The notes under the pieces are model-generated. The model was not told the origin of the DNA. It saw only the letters and a list, made by a program, of their open reading frames with translations, and made no database searches. Positions 19,137 to 28,553 of a stretch of 64,000 nt of DNA are shown here, piece after piece. Numbering within the stretch: position 1 is the stretch's first letter; every line of letters starts with the position of its first letter. Source of the DNA: Nitrospiraceae bacterium (lineage in GTDB: Bacteria > Nitrospirota > Nitrospiria > Nitrospirales > Nitrospiraceae); assembly GCA_050246315.1 (NCBI GenBank), contig JBFWWG010000013.1:1-64000 (forward strand). Direction: 5' to 3'. The translations under genes were made by a program, and so were the position numbers.

Positions 19137-19599
19137 CGATCGGGAGCGGCGCGGGTCGTGCTCATGCCGGCAACTGGGTGGGGTACGGATAAAGGGTCAG
19201 ACCTCCGTAACTCGCAGTATTCATGACCGCTCCTACTGCAACCGCCATGCGACCAGTCGCGGTTGAAGAGCAACGGGCGCCCCGGCTGCGACAAGGCAGG
19301 CCGCCACTTGAAGGCGACCTGCCGCGCGGGCTCCTCGCTCGCCCGTCTCGCGTGGCGTCTCCGCATTTTCGTCACGAAGCCTCGTGAATAATGTGGGCTA
19401 GGCGTGGTGGCGACGTCCCTAAGCAGAAGCGCCAGGAGCACGGGGAGTATCAGCAAGCCCACGGCAAGCGCTTGCAGGACCCGAGCGCGGAAGGCTCCGT
19501 GATTGCCACCGACGAGGGCGTGTTAGGGGACAAAGGATTGGGCAGGTGCTTCAAGTGAATCGGAGCGTTGAGGTGTTTCTGATCGTTTGGGCTGGAGCT

Positions 19600-21528
19600 T
19601 CACACGAGCGGCGGCAATTCGTGGACGGCGCGCCAGGCTTGATCAATGGCTGCATCTATATAGGCCCTGGCTCCGGCATCGGAGTTCGCAATCGTGATCC
19701 GTCCCAGCGGGCGCCGTCCCAAAATATGCGGTCCCTGTTCGGAGGTCATGTCAGGGTCGTAGAGTGCGCTGCCCTGGTAGGCATAGCCGTGTGACCAACG
19801 ATTGATCGTAATCGCCTGAATATCCCGTTCTGCATCAAATCCTCCGGCCGCCAACATGCCTCCGAGATGCTCCTTGATCGCCGTCTCAAAATTCGCAAAG
19901 GACAAGCTGAACAGTTTGAATCGGCCCTGCCGGAATTGTTCTTTGGGCGGGAGTCCATATTGTTCGGTCAGGGGCACATGGATCATGGTCAGGATCATGG
20001 GGTGATCGGGGTTGTCCGAACAGGAATAGGTCCCAAGGTTTACGGGGTAGTCCAACAACACGACTTGATGGAGGCTTCCGGGACACTCGGCGGCGCCGAG
20101 ACCCAGCTTCTTAATCGAGCGCCACTGTTTCAACAAGACGGTACTGTAGACCAACGGAGCTTTGGTCAACTCCCTGAGCGCAAGTTTTTGTTCCTGCGGC
20201 AGCTCCGGAACCAAGTGGGGAATCATCATGTTATAGCAGGCCAGGACGCAGTGCCTGGCGTAGATCCGATAGGCTCGATTCCGAGTCACGTACGTGACCG
20301 CCACCCGCTGCGCCTTTTCCGGCGGACCGTCATGGGTGACCCGAACCGCCGTGCTATTCAGGCGGAGTCGGACCGTAGATTCGGGATGATCCAGCCTGTT
20401 GTAATCGAAGGCAGCCAGCACGATATCTTCCATCGTCGAGCCGGGGGCCGACTTCGGGATCAATCGACGCACCAATAACCGGGCGATCGAGGCATTGCCG
20501 TCGGGAAAGTGGTGGATGTAGGGTTCCGATCCAGCCGGGAGCCCATGTCCGTGTCGGTCATCATGTGAGGACGCGAGGGCGCGCTCACTGATTCCCGGCA
20601 GTCCCAGCGCAATCGCCTCCAGCGTCGAGAGCGTGTCCGCTCCGGTTCCTGTGTACTCCGCAGGAAGAAAGCGGAGGAGCCGAAAGACCTGTGGATCATC
20701 GACCTTCAGTCGTTCTGCCAGGAATGTGAAGTACGGCGTGGCTCTGGCGTACTCGACACGCTCTCCGATCGGTATCCGATCGAACGCCCGATCCCCGCTG
20801 TTCAGAACGCGCAAAAGTTGCTCCCTGGCGCGAGCCTCCAACGGCATTTGCTGGACGGCATCATCTGCGGGAAGGGTGTTCCTGGCGATGCCTGGAACCC
20901 CCCAACTAAAGTCCGTGAGCGTGTAGGGGAGCAGCGCATTCCTGCCGAAGGTTGCCTGGTCGAAGAACATCATGGGCTTGAGCTCATGACGATTGAAAAA
21001 GTCTTTGTCGTAAGCGCGGTCAAAATGGTCGAGCCTCACACCCAGGTCGCGCAGCAGTGAGGCGGCAGTCTTGCTGTACTTGCCGGGACTCTGCATCGTC
21101 TGGGAGCCTCCGTAGGACAAGCGCGTGCGACCGTCGACGATGAACTCATTCCGCTTGGCATGGCCTCCGAAGTCATCATGGTTCTCCACCAAGAGAATCT
21201 TGGCGTTCGTGCCGTATTGCTGTTGAAAGAACCATGCCGCCGACAGGCCGCTGATCCCGGCTCCCACAACCACCAAATCGTATTCCGTTTCGTCGGGCTC
21301 CTCCACGGCGCCCCAGTCGCGCTTCCCCGTCCAGACTAAGGCATGGGCGTTCTCAAACGATCCCGGGTGGTTGCCGCGCATGCCGGTGAGTCGTGGAGGA
21401 TAGACGTCTGTTGAGAGGAGCGTGTCGATCTCCCTTCCCAACGCAAAGGGAGGCAACAGCGTCGATCCGAGAGCGAGCAGCGCGCCGTTGAGAAAGTCTC
21501 GGCGCGTGATGCCATGCAAGCCTGACAT
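19600..21528 (-). CDS. Tat-exported FAD-dependent oxidoreductase, spermidine dehydrogenase-like
   Basis: ITRRDFLNG, GMRGNHPGSFE, VVVGAGISG, DFGGHAKRNEF, HFPDGNAS, NRWSHGYAY, ANSDAG. Confidence 0.85.
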   Translation of the reverse strand: MSGLHGITRRDFLNGALLALGSTLLPPFALGREIDTLLSTDVYPPRLTGMRGNHPGSFENAHALVWTGKRDWGAVEEPDETEYDLVVVGAGISGLSAAWFFQQQYGTNAKILLVENHDDFGGHAKRNEFIVDGRTRLSYGGSQTMQSPGKYSKTAASLLRDLGVRLDHFDRAYDKDFFNRHELKPMMFFDQATFGRNALLPYTLTDFSWGVPGIARNTLPADDAVQQMPLEARAREQLLRVLNSGDRAFDRIPIGERVEYARATPYFTFLAERLKVDDPQVFRLLRFLPAEYTGTGADTLSTLEAIALGLPGISERALASSHDDRHGHGLPAGSEPYIHHFPDGNASIARLLVRRLIPKSAPGSTMEDIVLAAFDYNRLDHPESTVRLRLNSTAVRVTHDGPPEKAQRVAVTYVTRNRAYRIYARHCVLACYNMMIPHLVPELPQEQKLALRELTKAPLVYSTVLLKQWRSIKKLGLGAAECPGSLHQVVLLDYPVNLGTYSCSDNPDHPMILTMIHVPLTEQYGLPPKEQFRQGRFKLFSLSFANFETAIKEHLGGMLAAGGFDAERDIQAITINRWSHGYAYQGSALYDPDMTSEQGPHILGRRPLGRITIANSDAGARAYIDAAIDQAWRAVHELPPLV

Positions 21529-22043
21529 ACGGTGTTCACCTTCCTGATTGGTGGGCAAATGGCAACGACCTTGGAGCAAGATCCGGCGTGCTTCGTGTAT
21601 CGATCCGGATTTGGAGACAGGCTACGGATCGGGTGGACTGATGTCAACGGGACGGAGTTGGGGAGAGTGTTGAGGACGCAGCAACTGTTCCATCGGCCAC
21701 GGAATGGCGTCGTCGTCAGCCGACATTCACGGTATCCTCGTCAGACCAATCAGGTCGTTGGAGAGCAAGGTTGGAGCCGTGTGCTCGTATGATGTGCCGG
21801 TCGATGTGGAGAAGCGCAGCAAGCATACGGGAGCCTGAGGGTTGAAGACCAGCGCCTTGCAAGCCATTCCGCGGGTTGCCTGTATTGCTTCTTCCACTGT
21901 GGAGAAGGATCGGTGCGTTGGACTTCGCGTGCCGCCGTACCTTCTCAGCGCGGCTCAGGTGTTCCCGCTTCGCCTGATCGTCCCAACACAGCATACTTTC
22001 CACCGAGTAATGCGAGAGACTGAACGGCTCACATGGGCTGGCG

Positions 22044-22643
22044 CTACGTCCGCTCCGCCTTGCGGCACAGCACGGCCAGGTGGCCTCGCGATGACGTGTC
22101 GTCGATTCCTGAGACCAGGATGTCGAAGCCGGCTTCGCGCAACAGAGTTGCAGCGATCTCCGGAGCATGCCCGCTGTAAAAGAACTCCACATTGAACATC
22201 CGGTCCGTGAACTCGTCGTCGCTCCCGCCCAATGACAGCAGGACCGGCCCTCCCGGCCTTACCCACCGATGCAGGTTATCGAACAGCGCGCGATGCTGCG
22301 TCTTCGGAATGTGAAAGATCGAATCCCACGCGATGAGGCCATCATAGCGGTCGGACAGGACAATCGAGGTCATGTCGCCCACGATCAGTTCGGCCTCAGG
22401 GCAGTTGATTCGGGCCAGGTCCAGCATGGCGAGGGAGGCATCGACTCCTGTGAGCCGGTATCCACGGTCAAGCAGGTAGCGCCCGATCGGCCTTCCCGAT
22501 CCACACCCGAGATCGAGGACGTGAGCCCCTGGTTTAGCGAGGTCGAGAAAGCGATCGACATACGGTTGCTCGCGGAATTTGGACGCATGCCGCTCTTGCG
22601 ACCACTGGTCCGCGATCAGATCGTAGGGGGCTCGCTCCGGCAT
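22044..22643 (-). CDS. Class I SAM-dependent methyltransferase
   Basis: VLDLGCGSG, GVDAS, AWDSIFH. Confidence 0.9.
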   Translation of the reverse strand: MPERAPYDLIADQWSQERHASKFREQPYVDRFLDLAKPGAHVLDLGCGSGRPIGRYLLDRGYRLTGVDASLAMLDLARINCPEAELIVGDMTSIVLSDRYDGLIAWDSIFHIPKTQHRALFDNLHRWVRPGGPVLLSLGGSDDEFTDRMFNVEFFYSGHAPEIAATLLREAGFDILVSGIDDTSSRGHLAVLCRKAERT

Positions 22644-22682
22644 ACTGTTCGGCAAATGGCCGTCCCGGATCTCTCCGCAAGG

Positions 22683-23306
22683 TCAGCCGGCTCTGGCCCT
22701 GCGGAGCCGGCGATAATGCGCCGCCACCTTCATCCGGTTGCCGCACGCGCTCATGCTGCACCAACGGCGGCTGTGATTCTTGGTCGTGTCGTAGAAGAAC
22801 AGCACACAAGCGTCGTTCTCGCATTTTTTGATACGTGAACAATCGCCGTAGCAAAGCAGGTTGCCGGCGGACTCGGCGATCGGCAAGAGCACATGCTCGG
22901 GCTCGGTGAAGTTCGCGTGGATGCGCTTCTCATACCCACCTTTCGTCCGACGGATCTCGGCATAACTGACCTGATTGTTCAGCAGGTCGTTGAGCGAGGA
23001 GATGGTCGCTGTCGGAATTGACCGGCCTGCCACCAACCTTTCAGCCATCCGGCGCAGCATCGCTCTGGATTCCAGCGCGCGCGCCAAGGCCTGTTCAGCT
23101 TCCGCCTGTCCGCCCCACGTCGTGCCGAGTTCCTCTGCTCGCCGCCCGTCGAGAACGTTGGCTTCGACCAGCCAGGCCATGAAGTCGTCAAAGTCCGTTA
23201 GCAGATTCACCGGGCGGCCTTCCGCCGCCGCTTCCGTGTTGATGAAGTCCAACCAGAGGTAATTCCCGATGAAATAAAACTTCCTGGCCGCACGATCCTT
23301 CGTCAT
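22683..23306 (-). CDS. ABATE/CGNR zinc-finger protein (putative regulator)
   Basis: LDFINT N-terminus; C....C...FYDTTKNHSRRWCSMSACGNRMK. Confidence 0.93.
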   Translation of the reverse strand: MTKDRAARKFYFIGNYLWLDFINTEAAAEGRPVNLLTDFDDFMAWLVEANVLDGRRAEELGTTWGGQAEAEQALARALESRAMLRRMAERLVAGRSIPTATISSLNDLLNNQVSYAEIRRTKGGYEKRIHANFTEPEHVLLPIAESAGNLLCYGDCSRIKKCENDACVLFFYDTTKNHSRRWCSMSACGNRMKVAAHYRRLRRARAG

Positions 23307-23346
23307 CGCCCTCCCCTCGATCCGCTTACTTCCCCATGAGAACGAA

Positions 23347-23418
23347 TAACCGTCAAAGTAAGACTTGACAGGTTAGCACGACCATAGTATAACCATCAAA
23401 AGCGTAATTAGAAGGTTA
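23347..23418. promoter_or_regulatory. Twin TAACC-N19-GGTTA boxes overlapping a sigma70 promoter
   Basis: Boxes at 23347-23375 and 23390-23418; TTGACA(23365)-17bp-TATAAC(23388). Confidence 0.75.
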
Positions 23419-23460
23419 GTAATGGCGGGTCACACTTCAACCCAACAGGAGGACTGTTCA

Positions 23461-23928
23461 ATGGGGAGCCAAACTGCACAGAGCCGGGGTTTCCAGACGG
23501 GCCATGTCGGATTGAACGTCGGCGACCTGGAGCGATCGAAACAATTTTACCGGCAGGTATTCGGCTTCGAGGTGATGGGGGAGTCTCAGCAAGACGGGCG
23601 GCGGTTCGCCTTCCTCGGCGAAGGGTCGAACATCGTGTTGACCCTCTGGCAGCAGGCGTCGGGCCGTTTCGAGAAGCAACGCCCCGGGCTGCACCACTTG
23701 TCATTTGAAGTCGGAGCGATCGAACAGGTGAAGGAAGCCGAGCGGAAGTTGCGCGACCTGAACGTGCCGTTGCTCTACGACGGGATCGTGCCGCATGCCG
23801 AAGGCGCGCAATCCGGCGGCATTTTCTTCGAGGACCCGGACGGTATCCGCTTGGAGATCTATGCCCCTGAGGGAGTTGGGAGCCATGCGGCGCCGACACC
23901 GGGGGCGCCGTCCTGCGGCTTCTTCTGA
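23461..23928 (+). CDS. VOC/glyoxalase family protein
   Basis: HVGLNVGDLERSKQFY, GLHHLSF, FFEDPDGIRLE, C-terminal APSCGFF. Confidence 0.9.
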   Translation: MGSQTAQSRGFQTGHVGLNVGDLERSKQFYRQVFGFEVMGESQQDGRRFAFLGEGSNIVLTLWQQASGRFEKQRPGLHHLSFEVGAIEQVKEAERKLRDLNVPLLYDGIVPHAEGAQSGGIFFEDPDGIRLEIYAPEGVGSHAAPTPGAPSCGFF

Positions 23929-23937
23929 GTTGATCCA

Positions 23938-25053
23938 ATGGGAGAGACGAAAACAGAACTGGAGCCGACCATGGCATCGCCATACCACGAGGGGGAATTG
24001 GCCTTGCAGGCGCGGGCAGGTGCGCAAGAGATGGCGCGCCGGGTCGGCCGGTCGATCGGTTCGACAATTCCATCGGCGGCCCGTGATTTTCTCGTCCGCC
24101 AGCCAATGGTCATTATCGGAACGGTTGATCAGCTCGGACAGGCATGGGCCTCTCTGATGACCGGCGAGCCCGGTTTCATGCACGCCTTGGGCGAACGCGC
24201 AGTGAGAATCGCGGCTCGGCCGCTTCCCGGCGATCCTCTGGGCGAGAACCTCAAGGTCAACGATCAGGTCGGCCTGATCGCCATCGATCTTGCGACCAGG
24301 CGGCGCATGAGACTCAACGGCAGGGCAGAAGTCGGACCGGACTGCGCGATGACGATCCATGCGGAACAGGTCTATGCCAACTGTCCGAAGTATATTCAGG
24401 CGCGCACGTGGGAACTGAGTACCTCTTCAACGCATTCCGCCCGGTTGGTGACGAAGGACGACAAGCTGAATCGCGCGCAGCGGCGCTGGGTGAGTGAGGC
24501 GGATACCTTCTTCATCGCCAGCAGCCATTATGTAGGAGGAGGCGATGTCTCGCATCGCGGCGGCCATCCAGGATTCGTCCGCGTGCTAAACGAGCACCTT
24601 CTGGCCTGGCCGGATTATGCCGGCAACAGGATGTTTCAAACGCTCGGCAATGTGGCCGTCAACCCCAAGGCCGGCCTGCTGTTCCTGGATTTCGAGCGCG
24701 GTGCGACGCTTCAACTCACGGGAAGCGCGGACATCATATGGGACGAAGTACGCCTGACCTCATTCCCCGGCGCCGAGCGAATCGTCGAATTCCGTGTCGA
24801 ACGAGTCATTCAAATCGATCACGCGATGGGACTACGCTGGAGGTTCTTGGACGACTCTCCGTTCAATCCAAAGCCAGAGGATGAGGGGCACCCAACGCTC
24901 CAATCAGTCGTTATGAAGCCTTGGGATGCGCTCGGACGATCAGCCGCCAAGCTTGATAGAGATCCTGCCCGGCTGGGCGTAACGGCATGTAAGCAAGCTG
25001 CATGGCTCGCTCGGAGAGCGGTTTGGCCAACTCGGCGTAGAGGTCGTTCGTAG
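23938..25053 (+). CDS. Tandem pyridoxamine 5'-phosphate oxidase-family FMN-binding protein; C-terminal extension probably from a lost stop
   Basis: YHEGELALQ, RRRMRLNG, NCPKYIQ, DVSHRGG.PGF, PDYAGNRMFQTLGN; family-like end SPFNP at ~24870. Confidence 0.85.
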   Translation: MGETKTELEPTMASPYHEGELALQARAGAQEMARRVGRSIGSTIPSAARDFLVRQPMVIIGTVDQLGQAWASLMTGEPGFMHALGERAVRIAARPLPGDPLGENLKVNDQVGLIAIDLATRRRMRLNGRAEVGPDCAMTIHAEQVYANCPKYIQARTWELSTSSTHSARLVTKDDKLNRAQRRWVSEADTFFIASSHYVGGGDVSHRGGHPGFVRVLNEHLLAWPDYAGNRMFQTLGNVAVNPKAGLLFLDFERGATLQLTGSADIIWDEVRLTSFPGAERIVEFRVERVIQIDHAMGLRWRFLDDSPFNPKPEDEGHPTLQSVVMKPWDALGRSAAKLDRDPARLGVTACKQAAWLARRAVWPTRRRGRS

Positions 25054-25405
25054 ATAATCCGTAAGGCTCGGCGTCTTCGTTGGAGTAGGCGAAATAGACC
25101 TGGCGGATGCCGGCCAAGGACATGGCCGCAAGGCACATGGGGCAGGGGTGGCCGCTGGCGTACATGACATGACCATCGAGCCGCGGGGTCTGTTGCTTAC
25201 TCGTGGCAGTCCGGATCGCCTGGAGTTCGGCATGGGCGGTGGGGTCGTGGCTTGACAGCACGCTGTTGACGCCGGTCGCGACAATCTGCCCGTCTTTGAC
25301 CAGCACCGCGCCGAAGGGGCGGCCTTTTCTTGTCTGAACATTATCGAGCGCGAGTTGGATCGCCAATGCGAGGTGTTCTTCAGGCTTCGGCAATCGTGTC
25401 TCCAT
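24911..25405 (-). CDS. Nucleoside/guanine deaminase (CDA fold)
   Basis: PFGAVLVKDG, HDPTAHAE, PCPMC. Confidence 0.88.
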   Translation of the reverse strand: METRLPKPEEHLALAIQLALDNVQTRKGRPFGAVLVKDGQIVATGVNSVLSSHDPTAHAELQAIRTATSKQQTPRLDGHVMYASGHPCPMCLAAMSLAGIRQVYFAYSNEDAEPYGLSTNDLYAELAKPLSERAMQLAYMPLRPAGQDLYQAWRLIVRAHPKAS

Positions 25406-25603
25406 TACCGTGATTGAGAAGGCGTGGACGGCATTCACACTATCCGCGCTTGCAGAATCCCTGTCAATCATCGCCCACCTGATACGCGCTCTCTTCTCGT
25501 CCTTGTCTAAGTCGGGCGAATGGCGTACAAGTGAAGCGTCAGGTTCAGCCGCGGCGCCCAGGGTCGCAGGGTGCCGACCAACTCGCAAGAGGAATCACCC
25601 GAC

Positions 25604-26836
25604 ATGGCCGATTTCTTTCAAAACGGGGTCGTCACCGTTCTACACCGGCTCGGTCCGCCCAATGTCGAACGGCTGGAGAATGAGTTGATCCGCTATAACG
25701 AGGTCAACCCGATCGCCCTGGTTCTTCCGTCGCTCTATTCCGAACTCGAACGCCCGGCGTTGCAAACGATCATGAAGGAACTGGCGCAGGTGCGCTATCT
25801 CAATGAGATCGTCGTGGCCTTGGGCCAAGCCTCCGCGCTGGAGTTCCGGCGTGCGAAGGAATTCTTCAAGGTCTTGCCGCAACGGGTCCGGCTCGTCTGG
25901 GTGGACGGCCCGAACATTCAAGAGATCCTCAAGACCCTGACGGGACATGCGATCGACGTGGGCTTGCCGGGCAAGGGCCAATCCTGCTGGCTGGCTTTCG
26001 GCTACGTACTCGCACGCGGACAAAGCAACGTGATCGCGCTGCACGATTGCGATATCGTGAGCTATCAGCGGGACTATGTCGCGCGGCTCTGTTACCCGGT
26101 CACCAATCCCAATCTCGGCTATGAGTTCTGCAAAGGCTACTACAGCCGGGTCACCGACCGGCTGCACGGGCGGGTCACACGGCTCTTCATCACGCCCATG
26201 CTCAGGAGCCTTGAGCGCCTCGTGGGCCCTCAGCCTCTGCTGACCTTTCTGGATAGTTTTCGGTATCCGCTGGCGGGCGAGTTCGCCATGGTCCGGGATC
26301 TGGCCTGGATCAACCGTATTCCCGGAGACTGGGGCTTGGAGGTGGGCGTTCTGGCCGAAGTCTATCGTAACTGCGCGCTCCGGCGGATCTGCCAGGCCGA
26401 CATCGCCGACGCCTACGAACACAAGCATCAGGGCCTCTCCGCCGACAATCCGGAGGGCGGGCTCCTCAAGATGTGTCTGGACATCACCAAGTCCCTGTTC
26501 CGAAACCTGGCAAGCGAGGGGATCGTGCTGCCGGAGAGTCTCCTCAAGACCCTGCGGGCCACCTATCTCCAGACGGCGCAGGAGGCGATCCGGCGCTATG
26601 AGGACGATGCGGCGATCAACGGTCTGCTTTTCGACCGCCACCTGGAACGGACCGCGGTTGAGACTTTCTTGAAGGGCTTGAAGCTCGCGACGGACGTGTT
26701 TCTCGCGGACCCGTTGGGCGTCCCGATGATCTCGAACTGGAGTCGCGTCGCCCATGCCGTACCGGACATTTTCCACCGCCTCCGAGACGCGGTCGAACAA
26801 GACCATGAGTGGGACCCCACCGGAGGCAGGGGATGA
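25604..26836 (+). CDS. gpgS: Glucosyl-3-phosphoglycerate synthase-like glycosyltransferase
   Basis: MADFFQNGVVTVLH, GKG, HDCDI, KGYYSR...HGRVTRL, YPLAGEF, DWGLE, YEHKHQ. Confidence 0.7.
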   Translation: MADFFQNGVVTVLHRLGPPNVERLENELIRYNEVNPIALVLPSLYSELERPALQTIMKELAQVRYLNEIVVALGQASALEFRRAKEFFKVLPQRVRLVWVDGPNIQEILKTLTGHAIDVGLPGKGQSCWLAFGYVLARGQSNVIALHDCDIVSYQRDYVARLCYPVTNPNLGYEFCKGYYSRVTDRLHGRVTRLFITPMLRSLERLVGPQPLLTFLDSFRYPLAGEFAMVRDLAWINRIPGDWGLEVGVLAEVYRNCALRRICQADIADAYEHKHQGLSADNPEGGLLKMCLDITKSLFRNLASEGIVLPESLLKTLRATYLQTAQEAIRRYEDDAAINGLLFDRHLERTAVETFLKGLKLATDVFLADPLGVPMISNWSRVAHAVPDIFHRLRDAVEQDHEWDPTGGRG

Positions 26837-28119
26837 GCGGCCAGATGCCTGACTCGTTTGTCGCGCTGACCGAGGACACGGACGCTGTCGTCCAGCGGAT
26901 CGGCACGACCGACATCCTTGTGGGCATTCCAAGTTTCAACAACGCCGATACCATCGGCCATGTGGTGCGGGCAGTGAGCGCGGGTCTGGCCAAATACTTT
27001 CCCGAGCAGCGCGCCGTCCTGGTGAACTCTGACGGGGGTTCGGCGGACGGAACGCCCGACGTGGTGGCGCAGACCCTCGTCGATTTCTCGGCCATGCTGA
27101 TCAGCGATCAGCAAAGCCCGCTGCAGAAGATCGTGACGCCGTACCATGGCATTCCCGGGAAGGGAAGCGCGTTCCGCACGATCTTCGAGATCGCGCGGCG
27201 GCTCAAGGCCAAGGCCTGTGCGGTGGTGGATTCGGACCTGCGCAGCATCACGCCCGAGTGGATGGATCTGCTGATCAGTCCGATTCTGGAGGAGGGGTTC
27301 GATTACGTCGCCCCCTACTATCTCCGGCACAAGTACGACGGGACGATCACCAACAGCATCGTCTATCCGCTGACCAGGGCTCTGTACGGCGAGCGTATTC
27401 GGCAGCCGATCGGGGGAGACTTCGGCTTCTCGGGGCGATTGGCGGAACACTATTTGAATAAGCACGTCTGGGAATCGGAGGTGGCGCGGTTCGGCATCGA
27501 CATCTGGATGACGACCGAGGCGATTGCGACCGGGGGGCGCGTCTGCCAAAGTTTTCTGGGGGCCAAGATCCACAATCCCAAGGACCCGGCGGCGGACCTG
27601 TCGGCCATGCTGGTGCAGGTCTTGGGCGCGATGTTCGCGCTGATGGAGGAACATCAGGAACTGTGGACCAAGCTCCAGGGGACCAACGCGGTGAAGCTGT
27701 TCGGGTTTCAATATGCGGTCGGGGTCGAACCGGTCAATGTGAACGTCGAGCGAATGATCAACACCTTCTATCAGGGCCTTACGGATCTGGAGCCGGTCTG
27801 GAGCCAGATCCTGGGGCCGGACACCATGAAGGACCTCCTCGCCTTGCGCGGAGTGTCGCACCAGCAGTTCCACATCGCGAATGAGGTGTGGGCCAGACTG
27901 GTGTACGACGCGGCGGCGGCCTATCACCAGCGCGTGATGCCGCGCGAGCATTTGTTGAAGGCCGTTACGCCGCTCTATCTGGGCCGAACCGCCAGTTTCG
28001 TCTTGGAAACACAGGGCTTGACGACACAGGAGGCAGAAGGCCGGATCGAGCAGCTCTGCCTGGCGTTTGAGCGGCAGAAGCCGTACCTGATTGCGCGGTG
28101 GAACGATCGAACAGCGTGA
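26833..28119 (+). CDS. Glucosylglycerate synthase-like GT-A glycosyltransferase
   Basis: ATGA-coupled; VGIPSFNN, NSDGGSADGT, PGKGSA, DSDLRS, RHKYDGTITN, RQPIGGDF, FGIDIWMTT. Confidence 0.75.
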   Translation: MSGQMPDSFVALTEDTDAVVQRIGTTDILVGIPSFNNADTIGHVVRAVSAGLAKYFPEQRAVLVNSDGGSADGTPDVVAQTLVDFSAMLISDQQSPLQKIVTPYHGIPGKGSAFRTIFEIARRLKAKACAVVDSDLRSITPEWMDLLISPILEEGFDYVAPYYLRHKYDGTITNSIVYPLTRALYGERIRQPIGGDFGFSGRLAEHYLNKHVWESEVARFGIDIWMTTEAIATGGRVCQSFLGAKIHNPKDPAADLSAMLVQVLGAMFALMEEHQELWTKLQGTNAVKLFGFQYAVGVEPVNVNVERMINTFYQGLTDLEPVWSQILGPDTMKDLLALRGVSHQQFHIANEVWARLVYDAAAAYHQRVMPREHLLKAVTPLYLGRTASFVLETQGLTTQEAEGRIEQLCLAFERQKPYLIARWNDRTA

Positions 28120-28193
28120 GACGGAAGACGGAGCGACATTGTGGAGTGAGGAGAAAATCACTGGCGTTGTGTCCCTTAGGTTCCGGTGATAAT

Positions 28194-28271
28194 CCGTTCG
28201 CCCTGTGCATGTCGAAGGGCGGTCGATTTCAGGAAGGTCCGTTCATGGTTCGACGGGCTCACCACGAACGG
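28194..28271. repeat. REP-like pair of the CCTGAG..TGTCGAAGG / TTCGAC..GCTCA family
   Basis: CCGTTCGCCCTGTGCATGTCGAAGGG...GGTTCGACGGGCTCACCACGAACGG; related to the interior of 47059-47192. Confidence 0.65.
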
Positions 28272-28287
28272 ACCACTGGGACACGAC

Positions 28288-28368
28288 CAGGATGTTGAAA
28301 AAGCCCGCCAGATTGTTGGGGCGCCCATTGCCGCTCATTCTTGGTGCCATGGGTCTGACGCGAAGAGG
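28288..28368 (+). repeat. Dispersed ~80-bp repeat beginning CAGGATGTTGAAAAAG
   Basis: Co-linear similarity with 42411-42493 (CATTGCCGCTC, TTGGTGC.ATG, GAAGAGG). Confidence 0.75.
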
Positions 28369-28468
28369 CACAATCCTGGAGGGCTTCTCCGGCGGCTCAT
28401 GAGAGCAGAGGAATGGAAACACGCGCAAGGTGCTTCTCCGCCGGCCCAGTTACAGAAGGACAATGAAT

Positions 28469-28548
28469 AGTCGGTGGTTCAAGCGTAGCTTGGTATAGAG
28501 GGGCTGCGCCCGATGAGCCGCCGGTTCAACCGAAGGTTGGTATGGAGG
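28469..28548 (+). ncRNA. Structured 5' leader, candidate riboswitch (possibly DUF1646/Na+ class)
   Basis: P1 CGGTGGTTCA/TGAGCCGCCG, P2 GCGTAGCTT/GGGCTGCGC, then CAACC-GAA-GGTTG hairpin just before GGAGG; upstream of ion/osmotic transport genes; partial second copy at 36906-36954. Confidence 0.55.
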
Positions 28549-28553
28549 GCAGC

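Noticed and set aside
13031..19600. CRISPR array in the accessory region
   Set aside because: No regularly spaced repeat-spacer series and no cas genes; repeats are isolated pairs or hairpins.
21530..22043. 500-bp gap as a possible ncRNA or gene
   Set aside because: No convincing structure, repeat or coding signal found by eye.
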